Shown here one piece after another: positions 27,901-42,800 of a DNA stretch of 64,000 nt. This DNA comes from the human T2T-CHM13v2.0 reference genome, Homo sapiens: NCBI RefSeq assembly GCF_009914755.1, contig NC_060925.1; one strand, 5' to 3'. Position 1 is the first letter of the stretch. The number at the start of each line of letters is the position of its first letter. A program made the translations under genes and the position numbers. The notes below the pieces were generated by a model. The model was not told the DNA's origin and ran no database searches. It was given only the letters and a program-made list of their open reading frames with translations.

Positions 27901-30900
27901 GAATGGAATCGAAGAGAATCTTCGAACGGACCCGAATGGAATCATCTAATGGAATGGAATGGAATAATCCATGGACTCGAATGCAATCATCATCGAATGG
28001 AATCGAATGGAATCATCGAATGGACTCGAATGGAATAATCATTGAACGGAATCGAATGGAATCATCATCGGATGGAAACGAATGGAATCATCATCGAATG
28101 GAAATGAAAGCAGTCATCATCTAATGGAATTGCATGGAATCATCATAAAATGGAATCGAATGGAATCAACATCAAATGGAATCAAATGGAATCATTGAAC
28201 GGAATTGAATGGAATCGTCATCGAATGAATTGAATGCAATCATCGAATGGTCTCGAATGGAATCATCTTCAAATGGAAGGGAATGGAATCATCGCATAGA
28301 ATCGAATGGAATTATCATCGAATGGAATCGAATGGAATCAACATCAAACGGAAAAAAACGGAATTATCGAATGGAATCGAAGAGAATCATCGAATGGACC
28401 CGAATGGAATCATCTAATGGAATGGAATGGAATAATCCATGGACTCGAATGCAATCATCATCGAATGGAATCGAATGGAATCATCGAATGGACTCGAATG
28501 GAATAATCATTGAACGGAATCGAATGGAATCATCATCGGATGGAAATGAAAGGAGTCATCATCTAATGGAATTGCATGGAATCATCATAAAATGGAATCG
28601 AATGGAATCAACATCAAATGGAATCAAATGGAATCATTGAACGGAATTGAATGGAATCGTCATCGAATGAATTGAATGCAATCATCGAATGGTCTCGAAT
28701 GGAATCATCTTCAAATGGAATGGAATGGAATCATCGCATAGAATCGAATGGAATTATCATCGAATGGAATCGAATGGAATCAACATCAAACGGAAAAAAA
28801 CGGAATTATCGAATGGAATCGAAGAGAATCATCGAATGGACCCGAATGGAATCATCTAATGGAATGGAATGGAATAATCCATGGACTCGAATGGAATCAT
28901 CATCGAATGGAATCGAATGGAATCATCGAATGGACTCGAATGGAATAATCATTGAACGGAATCGAATGGAATCGTCATCGGATGGAAATGAATGGAATCA
29001 TCATCGAATGGAATCGAATAGAATTATGGAATGAAATCCAGTGTGATCATCATCGAATGGACCCGAATGGAATCATCATCCAACGGAAGCTAATGGAATC
29101 AACATCGAATGAATCGAATGGAAACACCATCGAATTGAAACGAATGGAATTACCATGAAATTGAAATGGATGGACTCATCATCGAATGGATTCGAATGGA
29201 ATCATCGAATAAAATTGATTGAAATCATCATCGAATGGTATCGAATGGTATCATTGAATGGAATCGAATGGAATCATCATCAGATGGAAATGAATGGAAT
29301 CGTCATAGAATGGAATCGAATGGATTCATTGAATGGAATCAGATGGAATCATCGAATGGACTGGAATGGAATCAGTGAATGGACTCGAAAGGGATCATTA
29401 TTGAATGGAATTGAATGGAATCATCGAATGGTCTCGATTGGAATCATTATCAAATGGAATCGAATGGAATCACAGTATAGAATCGAATGGAACAATCATC
29501 GAATGGACTCAAATGGAATTATCCTCAAATAGAATCGAATGGAATTATCGAATGCAATCGAATGGAATTATCGAATGCAATCGAATAGAATCATCAAATG
29601 GACTCGAATGGAATCATCGAATGGAATGGAATGGAACAGTCAATAAACTCGAATGGAATCATCATTGAATGGAATCATCGAGTGGAATCGAAAGGAATTA
29701 TGATCAAATGGAATCGAACGTAATCATCATCAAATGGAATCAAAAATAACCATCATCAATTGGTATTGAATGGAATTGTCATCAAATGGAATTCAAAGGA
29801 ATCATCATCAAATGGAACCGAATGGAATCCTCATTGAATGGAAATGAAAGGGGTCATCATCTAATGGAATCGCATGGAATCATCATCAAATGGAATCGAA
29901 TGGAATCATCATCAAATGGAATCTAATGGAATCATTGAAAAGAATTGAATGGAATCGTCATCGAATGAATTTAATGCAATCATCGAATGGTCTCGAATGG
30001 AATCATCTTCTAATGGAAAGGACTGGAATCATCGCATAGAATCGAATGGAATTATCATCGAATGGAATCGAATGGTATCAACACCAAACGGAAAAAAACG
30101 GAATTATCGAATGGAATCGAAGAGAATCTTCGAACGGACCCGAATGGAATCATCTAATGGAATGGAATGGAATAATCCATGTACACGAATGCAATCATCA
30201 TCGAATGGAATCGAATGGAATCATCGAATGGACTCGAATGGAATAATCATTGAACGGAATCGAATGGAATCATCATCGGATGGAAACGAATGGAATCATC
30301 ATCGAATGGAAATGAAAGGAGTCATCATCTAATGGAATTGCATGGAATCATCATCAAATGGAATCGAATGGAATCATCATCAAATGGAATCTAATGGAAT
30401 CATTGAAAGAATTGAATGGAATCATCATCGAATGAATTGAATGCAATCATCGAATGGTCTCGAATGGAATCATCTTCTAATGGAAAGGAATGGAATCATC
30501 GCATAGAATCGAATGGAATTATCATCGAATGGAATCGAATGGTATCAACACCAAACGGAAAAAAACGGAATTATCGAATGGAATCGAAGAGAATCTTCGA
30601 ACGGACCCGAATGGAATCATCTAATGGAATGGAATGGAATAATCCATGGACTCGAATGCAGTCATCATCGAATGGAATCGAATGGAATCATCGAATGGAC
30701 TCGAATGGAATAATCATTGAACGGAATCGAATTGAATCATCATCGGATGGAAACGAATGGAATCATCATCGAATGGAAATGAAAGGAGTCATCATCTAAT
30801 GGAATTGCATGGAATCATCATAAAATGGAATCGAATGGAATCAACATCAAATGGAATCAAATGGAATCATTGAACGGAATTGAATGGAATCGTCATCGAA

Positions 30901-31299
30901 TGAATTGAATGCAATCATCGAATGGTCTCGAATGGAATCATCTTCAAATGGAATGGAATGGAATCATCGCATAGAATCGAATGGAATTATCATCGAATGG
31001 AATCGAATGGAATCAACATCAAACGGAAAAAAACGGAATTATCGAATGGAATCGAAGAGAATCATCGAATGGACCCGAATGGAATCATCTAATGGAATGG
31101 AATGGAATAATCCATGGACTCGAATGCAATCATCATCGAATGGAATCGAATGGAATCATCGAATGGACTCGAATGGAATAATCATTGAACGGAATCGAAT
31201 GGAATCATCATCGGATGGAAATGAAAGGAGTCATCATCTAATGGAATTGCATGGAATCATCATAAAATGGAATCGAATGGAATCAACATCAAATGGAAT

Positions 31300-34200
31300 C
31301 AAATGGAATCATTGAACGGAATTGAATGGAATCGTCATCGAATGAATTGAATGCAATCATCGAATGGTCTCGAATGGAATCATCTTCAAATGGAATGGAA
31401 TGGAATCATCGCATAGAATCGAATGGAATTATCATCGAATGGAATCGAATGGAATCAACATCAAACGGAAAAAAACGGAATTATCGAATGGAATCGAAGA
31501 GAATCATCGAATGGACCCGAATGGAATCATCTAATGGAATGGAATGGAATAATCCATGGACTCGAAAGCAATCATCATCGAATGGAATCGAATGGAATCA
31601 TCGAATGGACTCGAATGGAATAATCATTGAACGGAATCGAATGGAATCATCATCGGATGGAAACGAATGGAATCATCATCGAATGGAAATGAAAGGAGTC
31701 ATCATCTAATGGAATTGCATGGAATCATCATCAAATGGAATCGAATGGAATCAACATCAAATGGAATCAAATGGAATCATTGAACGGAATTGAATGGAAT
31801 CGTCATCGAATGAATTGAATGCAATCATCGAATGGTCTCGAATGGAATCTTCTTCAAATGGAATGGAATGGAATCATCGCATAGAATCGAATGGAATTAT
31901 CATCGAATGGAATCGAATGGTATCAACATCAAACGGAAAAAAAAGGAATTATCGAATGGAATCGAAGAGAATCTTCGAACGGACCCGAATGGAATCATCT
32001 AATGGAATGGAATGGAATAATCCATGGACTCGAATGCAATCATCATCGAATGGAATCGAATGGAATCATTGAAAGGACTCGAATGGAATAATCATTGAAC
32101 GGAATCGAATGGAATCATCATGGGATGGAAATGAATGGAATCATCATCGAATGGAATCGAATAGAATTATGGAATGAAATCCAGTGTGATCATCATCGAA
32201 TGGACCCGAATGGAATCATCATCCAACGGAAGCTAATGGAATCAACATCGAATGAATCGAATGGAAACACCATCGAATTGAAACGAATGGAATTACCATG
32301 AAATTGAAATGGATGGACTCATCATCGAATGGATTCGAATGGAATCATCGAATAAAATTGATTGAAATCATCATCGAATGGAATCGAATGGTATCATTGA
32401 ATGGAATCGAATGGAATCATCATCAGATGGAAATGAATGGAATCGTCATAGAATGGGATCGAATGGATTCATTGAATGGAATCAGATGGAATCATCGAAT
32501 GGACTGGAATGGAATCATTGAATGGACTCGAAAGGGATCATTATTGAATGGAATTGAATGGAATCATCGAATGGTCTCGATTGGAATCATTATCAAATGG
32601 AATCGAATGGAATCACCGAATAGAATCGAATGGAACAATCATCGAATGGACTCAAATGGAATTATCCTCAAATGGAATCGAATGGAATTATCGAATGCAA
32701 TCGAATGGAATTATCGAATGCAATCGAATAGAATCATCGAATGGACTCGAATGGAATCATCGAATGGAGTGGAATGGAACAGTCAATGAACTCGAATGGA
32801 ATCATCATTGAATGGAATCGAATGGAATCATCGAGTGGAATCGAATGGAATTATGATCAAATGGAATCGAATGTAATCATCATCAAATGGAATCAAAAAT
32901 AACCATCATCAATTGGTATTGAATGGAATTGTCATCAAATGGAATTTAAAGGAATCATCATCAAATGGAACCGAATGGAATCCTCATTGAATGGAAATGA
33001 AAGGGGTCATCATGTAATGGAATCGCATGGAATCATCATCAAATGGAATCGAATGGAATCATCATCAAATGGAATCTAATGGAATCATTGAAAGAATTGA
33101 ATGGAATCATCATCGAATGAATTGAATGCAATCATCGAATGGTCTCGAATGGAATCATCTTCTAATGGAAAGGAATGGAATCATCGCATAGAATCGAATG
33201 GAATTATCATCGAATGGAATCGAATGGTATCAACACCAAACGGAAAAAAACGGAATTATCGAATGGAATCGAAGAGAATCATCGAATGGACCCGAATGGA
33301 ATCATCTAATGGAATGGAATGGAATAATCCATGGACTCGAATGCAATCATCATCGAATGGAATCGAATGGAATCATCGAATGGACTCGAATGGAATAATC
33401 ATTGAAAGGAATCGAATGGAATCATCATCGGATGGAAACGAATGGAATCATCATCGAATGGAATCGAATAGAATTATGGAATGAAATCCAGTGTGATCAT
33501 CATCGAATGGACCCGAATGGAATCATCATCCAACGGAAGCTAATGGAATCAACATCGAATGAATCAAATGGAAACACCATCGAATTGAAACGAATGGAAT
33601 TACCATGAAATTGAAATGGATGGACTCATCATCAAATGGATTCGAATGGAATCATCGAATAAAATTGATTGAAATCATCATCGAATGGAATCGAATGGTA
33701 TCATTGAATGGAATCGAATGGAATCATCATCAGATGGAAATGAATGGAATCGTCATAGAATGGAATCGAATGGATTCATTGAATGGAATCAGATGGAATC
33801 ATTGAATGGACTGGAATGGAATCATTGAATGGACTCGAAAGGGATCATGATTGAATGGAATTGAATGGAATCATCGAATGGTCTCGATTGGAATGATTAT
33901 CAAATGGAATCGAATGGAATCACTGAATAGAATCGAATGGAACAATCATCGAATGGACTCAAATGGAATTATCCTCCAATGGAATCGAATGGAATTATCG
34001 AATGCAATCGAATGGAATTATCGAATGCAATCGAATAAAATCATCGAATGGACTCGAATGGAATCATCGAATGGAATGGAATGGAACAGTCAATGAACTC
34101 GAATGGAATCATCATTGAATGGAATCATCGAGTGGAATCGAAAGGAATTATGATCAAATGGAATCGAATGTAATCATCATCAAATGGAATCAAAAATAAC

Positions 34201-37200
34201 CATCATCAATTGGTATTGAATGGAATTGTCATCAAATGGAATTCAAAGGAATCATCATCAAATGGAACCGAATGAAATCCTCATTGAATGGAAATGAAAG
34301 GGGTCATCATCTAATGGAATCGCATGGAATCATCATCAAATGGAATCGAATGGAATCATCATCAAATGGAATCTAATGGAATCATTGAAAAGAATTGAAT
34401 GGAATCGTCATCGAATGAATTTAATGCAATCATCGAATGGTCTCGAATGGAATCATCTTCTAATGGAAAGGACTGGAATCATCGCATAGAATCGAATGGA
34501 ATTATCATCGAATGGAATCGAATGGTATCAACACCAAACGGAAAAAAACGGAATTATCGAATGGAATCGAAGAGAATCTTCGAACGGACCCGAATGGAAT
34601 CATCTAATGGAATGGAATGGAATAATCCATGGACTCGAATGCAATCATCATCGAATGGAATCGAATGGAATCATCGAATGGACTCGAATGGAATAATCAT
34701 TGAAAGGAATCGAATGGAATCATCATCGGATGGAAACGAATGGAATCATCATCGAATGGAAATGAAAGGAGTCATCATCTAATGGAATTGCATGGAATCA
34801 TCATAAAATGGAATCGAATGGAATCAACATCAAATGGAATCAAATGGAATCATTGAACGGAATTGAATGGAATCGTCATCGAATGAATTGAATGCAATCA
34901 TCGAATGGTCTCGAATGGAATCATCTTCAAATGGAATGGAATGGAATCATCGCATAGAATCGAATGGAATTATCATCGAATGGAATCGAATGGAATCAAC
35001 ATCAAACGGAAAAAAACGGAATTATCGAATGGAATCGAAGAGAATCATCGAATGGACCCGAATGGAATCATCTAATGGAATGGAATGGAATAATCCATGG
35101 ACTCGAATGCAATCATCATCGAATGGAATCGAATGGAATCATCGAATGGACTCGAATGGAATAATCATTGAACGGAATCGAATGGAATCATCATCGGATG
35201 GAAACGAATGGAATCATCATCGAATGGAAATGAAAGGAGTCATCATCTAATGGAATTGCATGGAATCATCATAAAATGGAATCGAATGGAATCAACATCA
35301 AATGGAATCAAATGGAATCATTGAACGGAATTGAATGGAATCGTCATCGAATGAATTGAATGCAATCATCGAATGGTCTCGAATGGAATCATCTTCAAAT
35401 GGAATGGAATGGAATCATCGCATAGAATCGAATGGAATTATCATCGAATGGAATCGAATGGAATCAACATCAAACGGAAAAAAACGGAATTATCGAATGG
35501 AATCGAAGATAATCATCGAATGAACCCGAATGGAATCATCTAATGGAATGGAATGGAATAATCCATGGACTCGAAAGCAATCATCATCGAATGGAATCGA
35601 ATGGAATCATCGAATGGACTCGAATGGAATAATCATTGAACGGAATCGAATGGAATCATCATCGGATGGAAACGAATGGAATCATCATCGAATGGAAATG
35701 AAAGGAGTCATCATCTAATGGAATTGCATGGAATCATCATCAAATGGAATCGAATGGAATCAACATCAAATGGAATCAAATGGAATCATTGAACGGAATT
35801 GAATGGAATCGTCATCGAATGAATTGAATGCAATCATCGAATGGTCTCGAATGGAATCTTCTTCAAATGGAATGGAATGGAATCATCGCATAGAATCGAA
35901 TGGAATTATCATCGAATGGAATCGAATGGTATCAACATCAAACGGAAAAAAAAGGAATTATCGAATGGAATCGAAGAGAATCTTCGAACGGACCCGAATG
36001 GAATCATCTAATGGAATGGAATGGAATAATCCATGGACTCGAATGCAATCATCATCGAATGGAATCGAATGGAATCATTGAAAGGACTCGAATGGAATAA
36101 TCATTGAACGGAATCGAATGGAATCATCATGGGATGGAAATGAATGGAATCATCATCGAATGGAATCGAATAGAATTATGGAATGAAATCCAGTGTGATC
36201 ATCATCGAATGGACCCGAATGGAATCATCATCCAACGGAAGCTAATGGAATCAACATCGAATGAATCGAATGGAAACACCATCGAATTGAAACGAATGGA
36301 ATTACCATGAAATTGAAATGGATGGACTCATCATCGAATGGATTCGAATGGAATCATCGAATAAAATTGATTGAAATCATCATCGAAAGGAATCGAATGG
36401 TATCATTGAATGGAATCGAATGGAATCATCATCAGATGGAAATGAATGGAATCGTCATAGAATGGGATCGAATGGATTCATTGAATGGAATCAGATGGAA
36501 TCATCGAATGGACTGGAATGGAATCATTGAATGGACTCGAAAGGGATCATTATTGAATGGAATTGAATGGAATCATCGAATGGTCTCGATTGGAATCATT
36601 ATCAAATGGAATCGAATGGAATCACCGAATAGAATCGAATGGAACAATCATCGAATGGACTCAAATGGAATTATCCTCAAATGGAATCGAATGGAATTAT
36701 CGAATGCAATCGAATGGAATTATCGAATGCAATCGAATAGAATCATCGAATGGACTCGAATGGAATCATCGAATGGAGTGGAATGGAACAGTCAATGAAC
36801 TCGAATGGAATCATCATTGAATGGAATCGAATGGAATCATCGAGTGGAATCGAATGGAATTATGATCAAATGGAATCGAATGTAATCATCATCAAATGGA
36901 ATCAAAAATAACCATCATCAATTGGTATTGAATGGAATTGTCATCAAATGGAATTTAAAGGAATCATCATCAAATGGAACCGAATGGAATCCTCATTGAA
37001 TGGAAATGAAAGGGGTCATCATGTAATGGAATCGCATGGAATCATCATCAAATGGAATCGAATGGAATCATCATCAAATGGAATCTAATGGAATCATTGA
37101 AAGAATTGAATGGAATCATCATCGAATGAATTGAATGCAATCATCGAATGGTCTCGAATGGAATCATCTTCTAATGGAAAGGAATGGAATCATCGCATAG

Positions 37201-39250
37201 AATCGAATGGAATTATCATCGAATGGAATCGAATGGTATCAACACCAAACGGAAAAAAACGGAATTATCGAATGGAATCGAAGAGAATCATCGAATGGAC
37301 CCGAATGGAATCATCTAATGGAATGGAATGGAATAATCCATGGACTCGAATGCAATCATCATCGAATGGAATCGAATGGAATCATCGAATGGACTCGAAT
37401 GGAATAATCATTGAAAGGAATCGAATGGAATCATCATCGGATGGAAACGAATGGAATCATCATCGAATGGAATCGAATAGAATTATGGAATGAAATCCAG
37501 TGTGATCATCATCGAATGGACCCGAATGGAATCATCATCCAACGGAAGCTAATGGAATCAACATCGAATGAATCAAATGGAAACACCATCGAATTGAAAC
37601 GAATGGAATTACCATGAAATTGAAATGGATGGACTCATCATCAAATGGATTCGAATGGAATCATCGAATAAAATTGATTGAAATCATCATCGAATGGAAT
37701 CGAATGGTATCATTGAATGGAATCGAATGGAATCATCATCAGATGGAAATGAATGGAATCGTCATAGAATGGAATCGAATGGATTCATTGAATGGAATCA
37801 GATGGAATCATTGAATGGACTGGAATGGAATCATTGAATGGACTCGAAAGGGATCATGATTGAATGGAATTGAATGGAATCATCGAATGGTCTCGATTGG
37901 AATCATTATCAAATGGAATCGAATGGAATCACTGAATAGAATCGAATGGAACAATCATCGAATGGACTCAAATGGAATTATCCTCCAATGGAATCGAATG
38001 GAATTATCGAATGCAATCGAATGGAATTATCGAATGCAATCGAATAAAATCATCGAATGGACTCGAATGGAATCATCGAATGGAATGGAATGGAACAGTC
38101 AATGAACTCGAATGGAATCATCATTGAATGGAATCATCGAGTGGAATCGAAAGGAATTATGATCAAATGGAATCGAACGTAATCATCATCAAATGGAATC
38201 AAAAATAACCATCATCAATTGGTATTGAATGGAATTGTCATCAAATGGAATTCATAGGAATCATCATCAAATGGAACCGAATGGAATCCTCATTGAATGG
38301 AAATGAAAGGGGTCATCATCTAATGGAATCGCATGGAATCATCATCAAATGGAATCGAATGGAATCATCATCAAATGGAATCTAATGGAATCATTGAAAA
38401 GAATTGAATGGAATCGTCATCGAATGAATTTAATGCAATCATCGAATGGTCTCGAATGGAATCATCTTCTAATGGAAAGGACTGGAATCATCGCATAGAA
38501 TCGAATGGAATTATCATCGAATGGAATCGAATGGTATCAACACCAAACGGAAAAAAACGGAATTATCGAATGGAATCGAAGAGAATCTTCGAACGGACCC
38601 GAATGGAATCATCTAATGGAATGGAATGGAATAATCCATGGACTCGAATGCAATCATCATCGAATGGAATCGAATGGAATCATCGAATGGACTCGAATGG
38701 AATAATCATTGAAAGGAATCGAATGGAATCATCATCGGATGGAAACGAATGGAATCATCATCGAATGGAAATGAAAGGAGTCATCATCTAATGGAATTGC
38801 ATGGAATCATCATAAAATGGAATCGAATGGAATCAACATCAAATGGAATCAAATGGAATCATTGAACGGAATTGAATGGAATCGTCATCGAATGAATTGA
38901 ATGCAATCATCGAATGGTCTCGAATGGAATCATCTTCAAATGGAATGGAATGGAATCATCGCATAGAATCGAATGGAATTATCATCGAATGGAATCGAAT
39001 GGAATCAACATCAAACGGAAAAAAACGGAATTATCGAATGGAATCGAAGAGAATCATCGAATGGACCCGAATGGAATCATCTAATGGAATGGAATGGAAT
39101 AATCCATGGACTCGAATGCAATCATCATCGAATGGAATCGAATGGAATCATCGAATGGACTCGAATGGAATAATCATTGAACGGAATCGAATGGAATCAT
39201 CATCGGATGGAAATGAATGGAATCATCATCGAATGGAATCGAATAGAATT
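31300..39250 (+). repeat. Tandem higher-order duplication, period 4009 bp (2 copies)
   Basis: Offsets 31326/35335, 31794/35803, 32298/36307, 33101/37110, 33605/37614 and 34399/38408 are all 4009. Shared variants: CTCGAAAGCAAT, GAATCTTCTTC, CATGGGATGG, GAATGGGATC, GAATGGAGTGG, CATCATGTAAT, CACTGAATAG and a 10-bp deletion. Confidence 0.92.
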
Positions 39251-39899
39251 ATGGAATGAAATCCAGTGTGATCATGATCGAATGGACCCGAATGGAATCA
39301 TCATCCAACGGAAGCTAATGGAATCAACATCGAATGAATCGAATGGAAACACCATCGAATTGAAACGAATGGAATTATCATGAAATTGAAATGGATGGAC
39401 TCATCATCGAATGGATTCGAATGGAATCATCGAATAAAATTGATTGAAATCATCATCGAATGGTATCGAATGGTATCATTGAATGGAATCGAATGGAATC
39501 ATCATCAGATGGAAATGAATGGAATCGTCATAGAATGGAATCGAATGGATTCATTGAATGGAATCAGATGGAATCATCGAATGGACTGGAATGGAATCAT
39601 TGAATGGACTCGAAAGGGATCATTATTGAATGGAATTGAATGGAATCATTGAATGGTCTCGATTGGAATCATTATCAAATGGAATCGAATGGAATCACCG
39701 AATAGAATCGAATGGAACAATCATCGAATGGACTCAAATGGAATTATCCTCAAATGGAATCGAATGGAATTATCGAATGCAATCGAATGGAATTATCGAA
39801 TGCAATCGAATAGAATCATCGAATGGACTCGAATGGAATCATCGAATGGAATGGAATGGAACAGTCAATGAACTCGAATGGAATCATCATTGAATGGAA

Positions 39900-42800
39900 T
39901 CGAATGGAATCATCGAGTGGAATCGAATGGAATTATGATCAAATGGAATCGAATGTAATCATCATCAAATGGAATCAAAAATAACCATCATCAATTGGTA
40001 TTGAATGGAAATGTCATCAAATGGAATTCAAAGGAATCATCATCAAATGGAACTGAATGGAATCCTCATTGAATGGAAATGAAAGGGGTCATCATCTAAT
40101 GGAATCGCATGGAATCATCATCAAATGGAATCGAATGGAATCATCATCAAATGGAATCTAATGGAATCATTGAACAGAATTGAATGGAATCGTCATCGAA
40201 TGAATTGAATGCAATCATCGAATGGTCTCGAATGTAATCACATTCTAATGGAAAGGAATGGAATCATCGCATAGAATCGAATGGAATTAACATTGAATGG
40301 ACTCGAATGGAATCAACATCAAACGGAATCAAGCGGAATTATCGAATGGAATCGAAGAGAATCATCGAATGGTCTCGAATGGAATCATCTTCTAATGGAA
40401 AGGAATGGAATCATCGCATAGAATCGAATGGAATTAACATTGAATGGACTCGAATGGAATCAACATCAAATGGAATCAAGCGGAATTATCGAATGAAATC
40501 GAAGAGAATCATCGAATGGACTCGAATGGAATCATCTAATGGAATGGAATGGAATAATCCACGGACTCGAATGCAATAATCATCGTTTAGTATCGAATGG
40601 AATCATCGAAAGGACTCGAATGGAATAACCATTGAACGGAGTCGAATGGAATCATCATCGAATGGAAACGAATGGAATCATCATCGAATGGAAATGAAAG
40701 GAGTCATCATCTAATGGAATTGCATGGAATCATCATAAAATGGAATCGAATGGAATCATCATCAAATGGAATCAAATGGAATCATTGAACGGAATTGAAT
40801 GGAATCGTCATCGAATGAATTGAATGCAATCATCGAATGGTCTCGAATGGAATCATCTTCAAATGGAATGGAATGGAATCATCGCATAGAATCGAATGGA
40901 ATTATCATCGAATGGAATCGAATGGTATCAACATCAAACGGAAAAAAACGGAATTATCGAATGGAATCGAAGAGAATCTTCGAACGGACCCGAATGGAAT
41001 CATCTAATGGAATGGAATGGAATAATCCATGGACCCGAATGCAATCATCATCGAATGGAATCGAATGGAATCATTGAAAGGACTCGAATGGAATAACCAT
41101 TGAACGGAATCGAATGGAATCATCATCGGATGGAAATGAATGGAATCATCATCGAATGGAATCGAATAGAATTAAGGAATGAAATCCAGTGTGATCATCA
41201 TCGAATGGACCCGAATGGAATCATCATCCAACGGAAGCTAATGGAATCAACATCGAATGAATCGAATGGAAACACCATCGAATTGAAACGAATGGAATTA
41301 CCATGAAATTGAAATGGATGGACTCATCATCGAATGGATTCGAATGGAATCATCGAATAAAATTGATTGAAATCATCATCGAATGGAATCGAATGGTATC
41401 ATTGAATGGAATCGAATGGAATCATCATCAGATGGAAATGAATGGAATCGTCATAGAATGGAATCGAATGGATTCATTGAATGGAATCAGATGGAATCAT
41501 CGAATGGACTGGAATGGAATCATTGAATGGACTCGAAAGGGATCATTATTGAATGGAATTGAATGGAATCATCGAATGGTCTCGATTGGAATCATTATCA
41601 AATGGAATCGAATGGAATCACCGAATAGAATCGAATGGAACAATCATCGAATGGACTCAAATGGAATTATCCTCAAATGGAATCGAATGGAAATATCGAA
41701 TGGAATTATCGAATGCAATCGAATGGAATTATCGAATGCAATCGAATAGAATCATCGAATGGACTCGAATGGAATCATCGAATGGAATGGAATGGAACAG
41801 TCAATGAACTCGAATGGAATCATCATTGAATGGAATCGAATGGAATCATCGAGTGGAATCGAATGGAATTATGATCAAATGGAATCGAATGTAATCATCA
41901 TCAAATGGAATCAAAAATAACCATCATCAATTGGTATTGAATGGAATTGTCATCAAATGGAATTTAAAGGAATCATCATCAAATGGAACCGAATGGAATC
42001 CTCATTGAATGGAAATGAAAGGGGTCATCATCTAATGGAATCGCATGGAATCATCATCAAATGGAATCGAATGGAATCATCATCAAATGGAATCCAATGG
42101 AATCATTGAAAGAATTGAATGGAATGGTCATCGAATGAATTGAATGCAATCATCGAATGGTCTCGAATGCAATCATCTTCTAATGGAAAGGAATGGAATC
42201 ATCGCATAGAATCGAATGGAATTATCATCGAATGGAATCGAATGGTATCAACACCAAACGGAAAAAAACGGAATTATCGAATGGAATCGAAGAGAATCTT
42301 CGAACGGACCCGAATGGAATCATCTAATGGAATGGAATGGAATAATCCATGGACTCGAATGCAATCATCATCGAATGGAATCGAATGGAATCATCGAATG
42401 GACTCGAATGGAATAATCATTGAACGGAATCGAATGGAATCATCATCGGATGGAAACGAATGGAATCATCATCGAATGGAAATGAAAGGAGTCATCATCT
42501 AATGGAATTGCATGGAATCATCATCAAATGGAATCGAATGGAATCAACATCAAATGGAATCAAATGGAATCATTGAACGGAATTGAATGGAATCGTCATC
42601 GAATGAATTGAATGCAATCATCGAATGGTCTCGAATGGAATCATCTTCAAATGGAATGGAATGGAATCATCGCATAGAATCGAATGGAATTATCATCGAA
42701 TGGAATCGAATGGAATCAACATCAAACGGAAAAAAACGGAATTATCGAATGGAATCGAAGAGAATCATCGAATGGACCCGAATGGAATCATCTAATGGAA

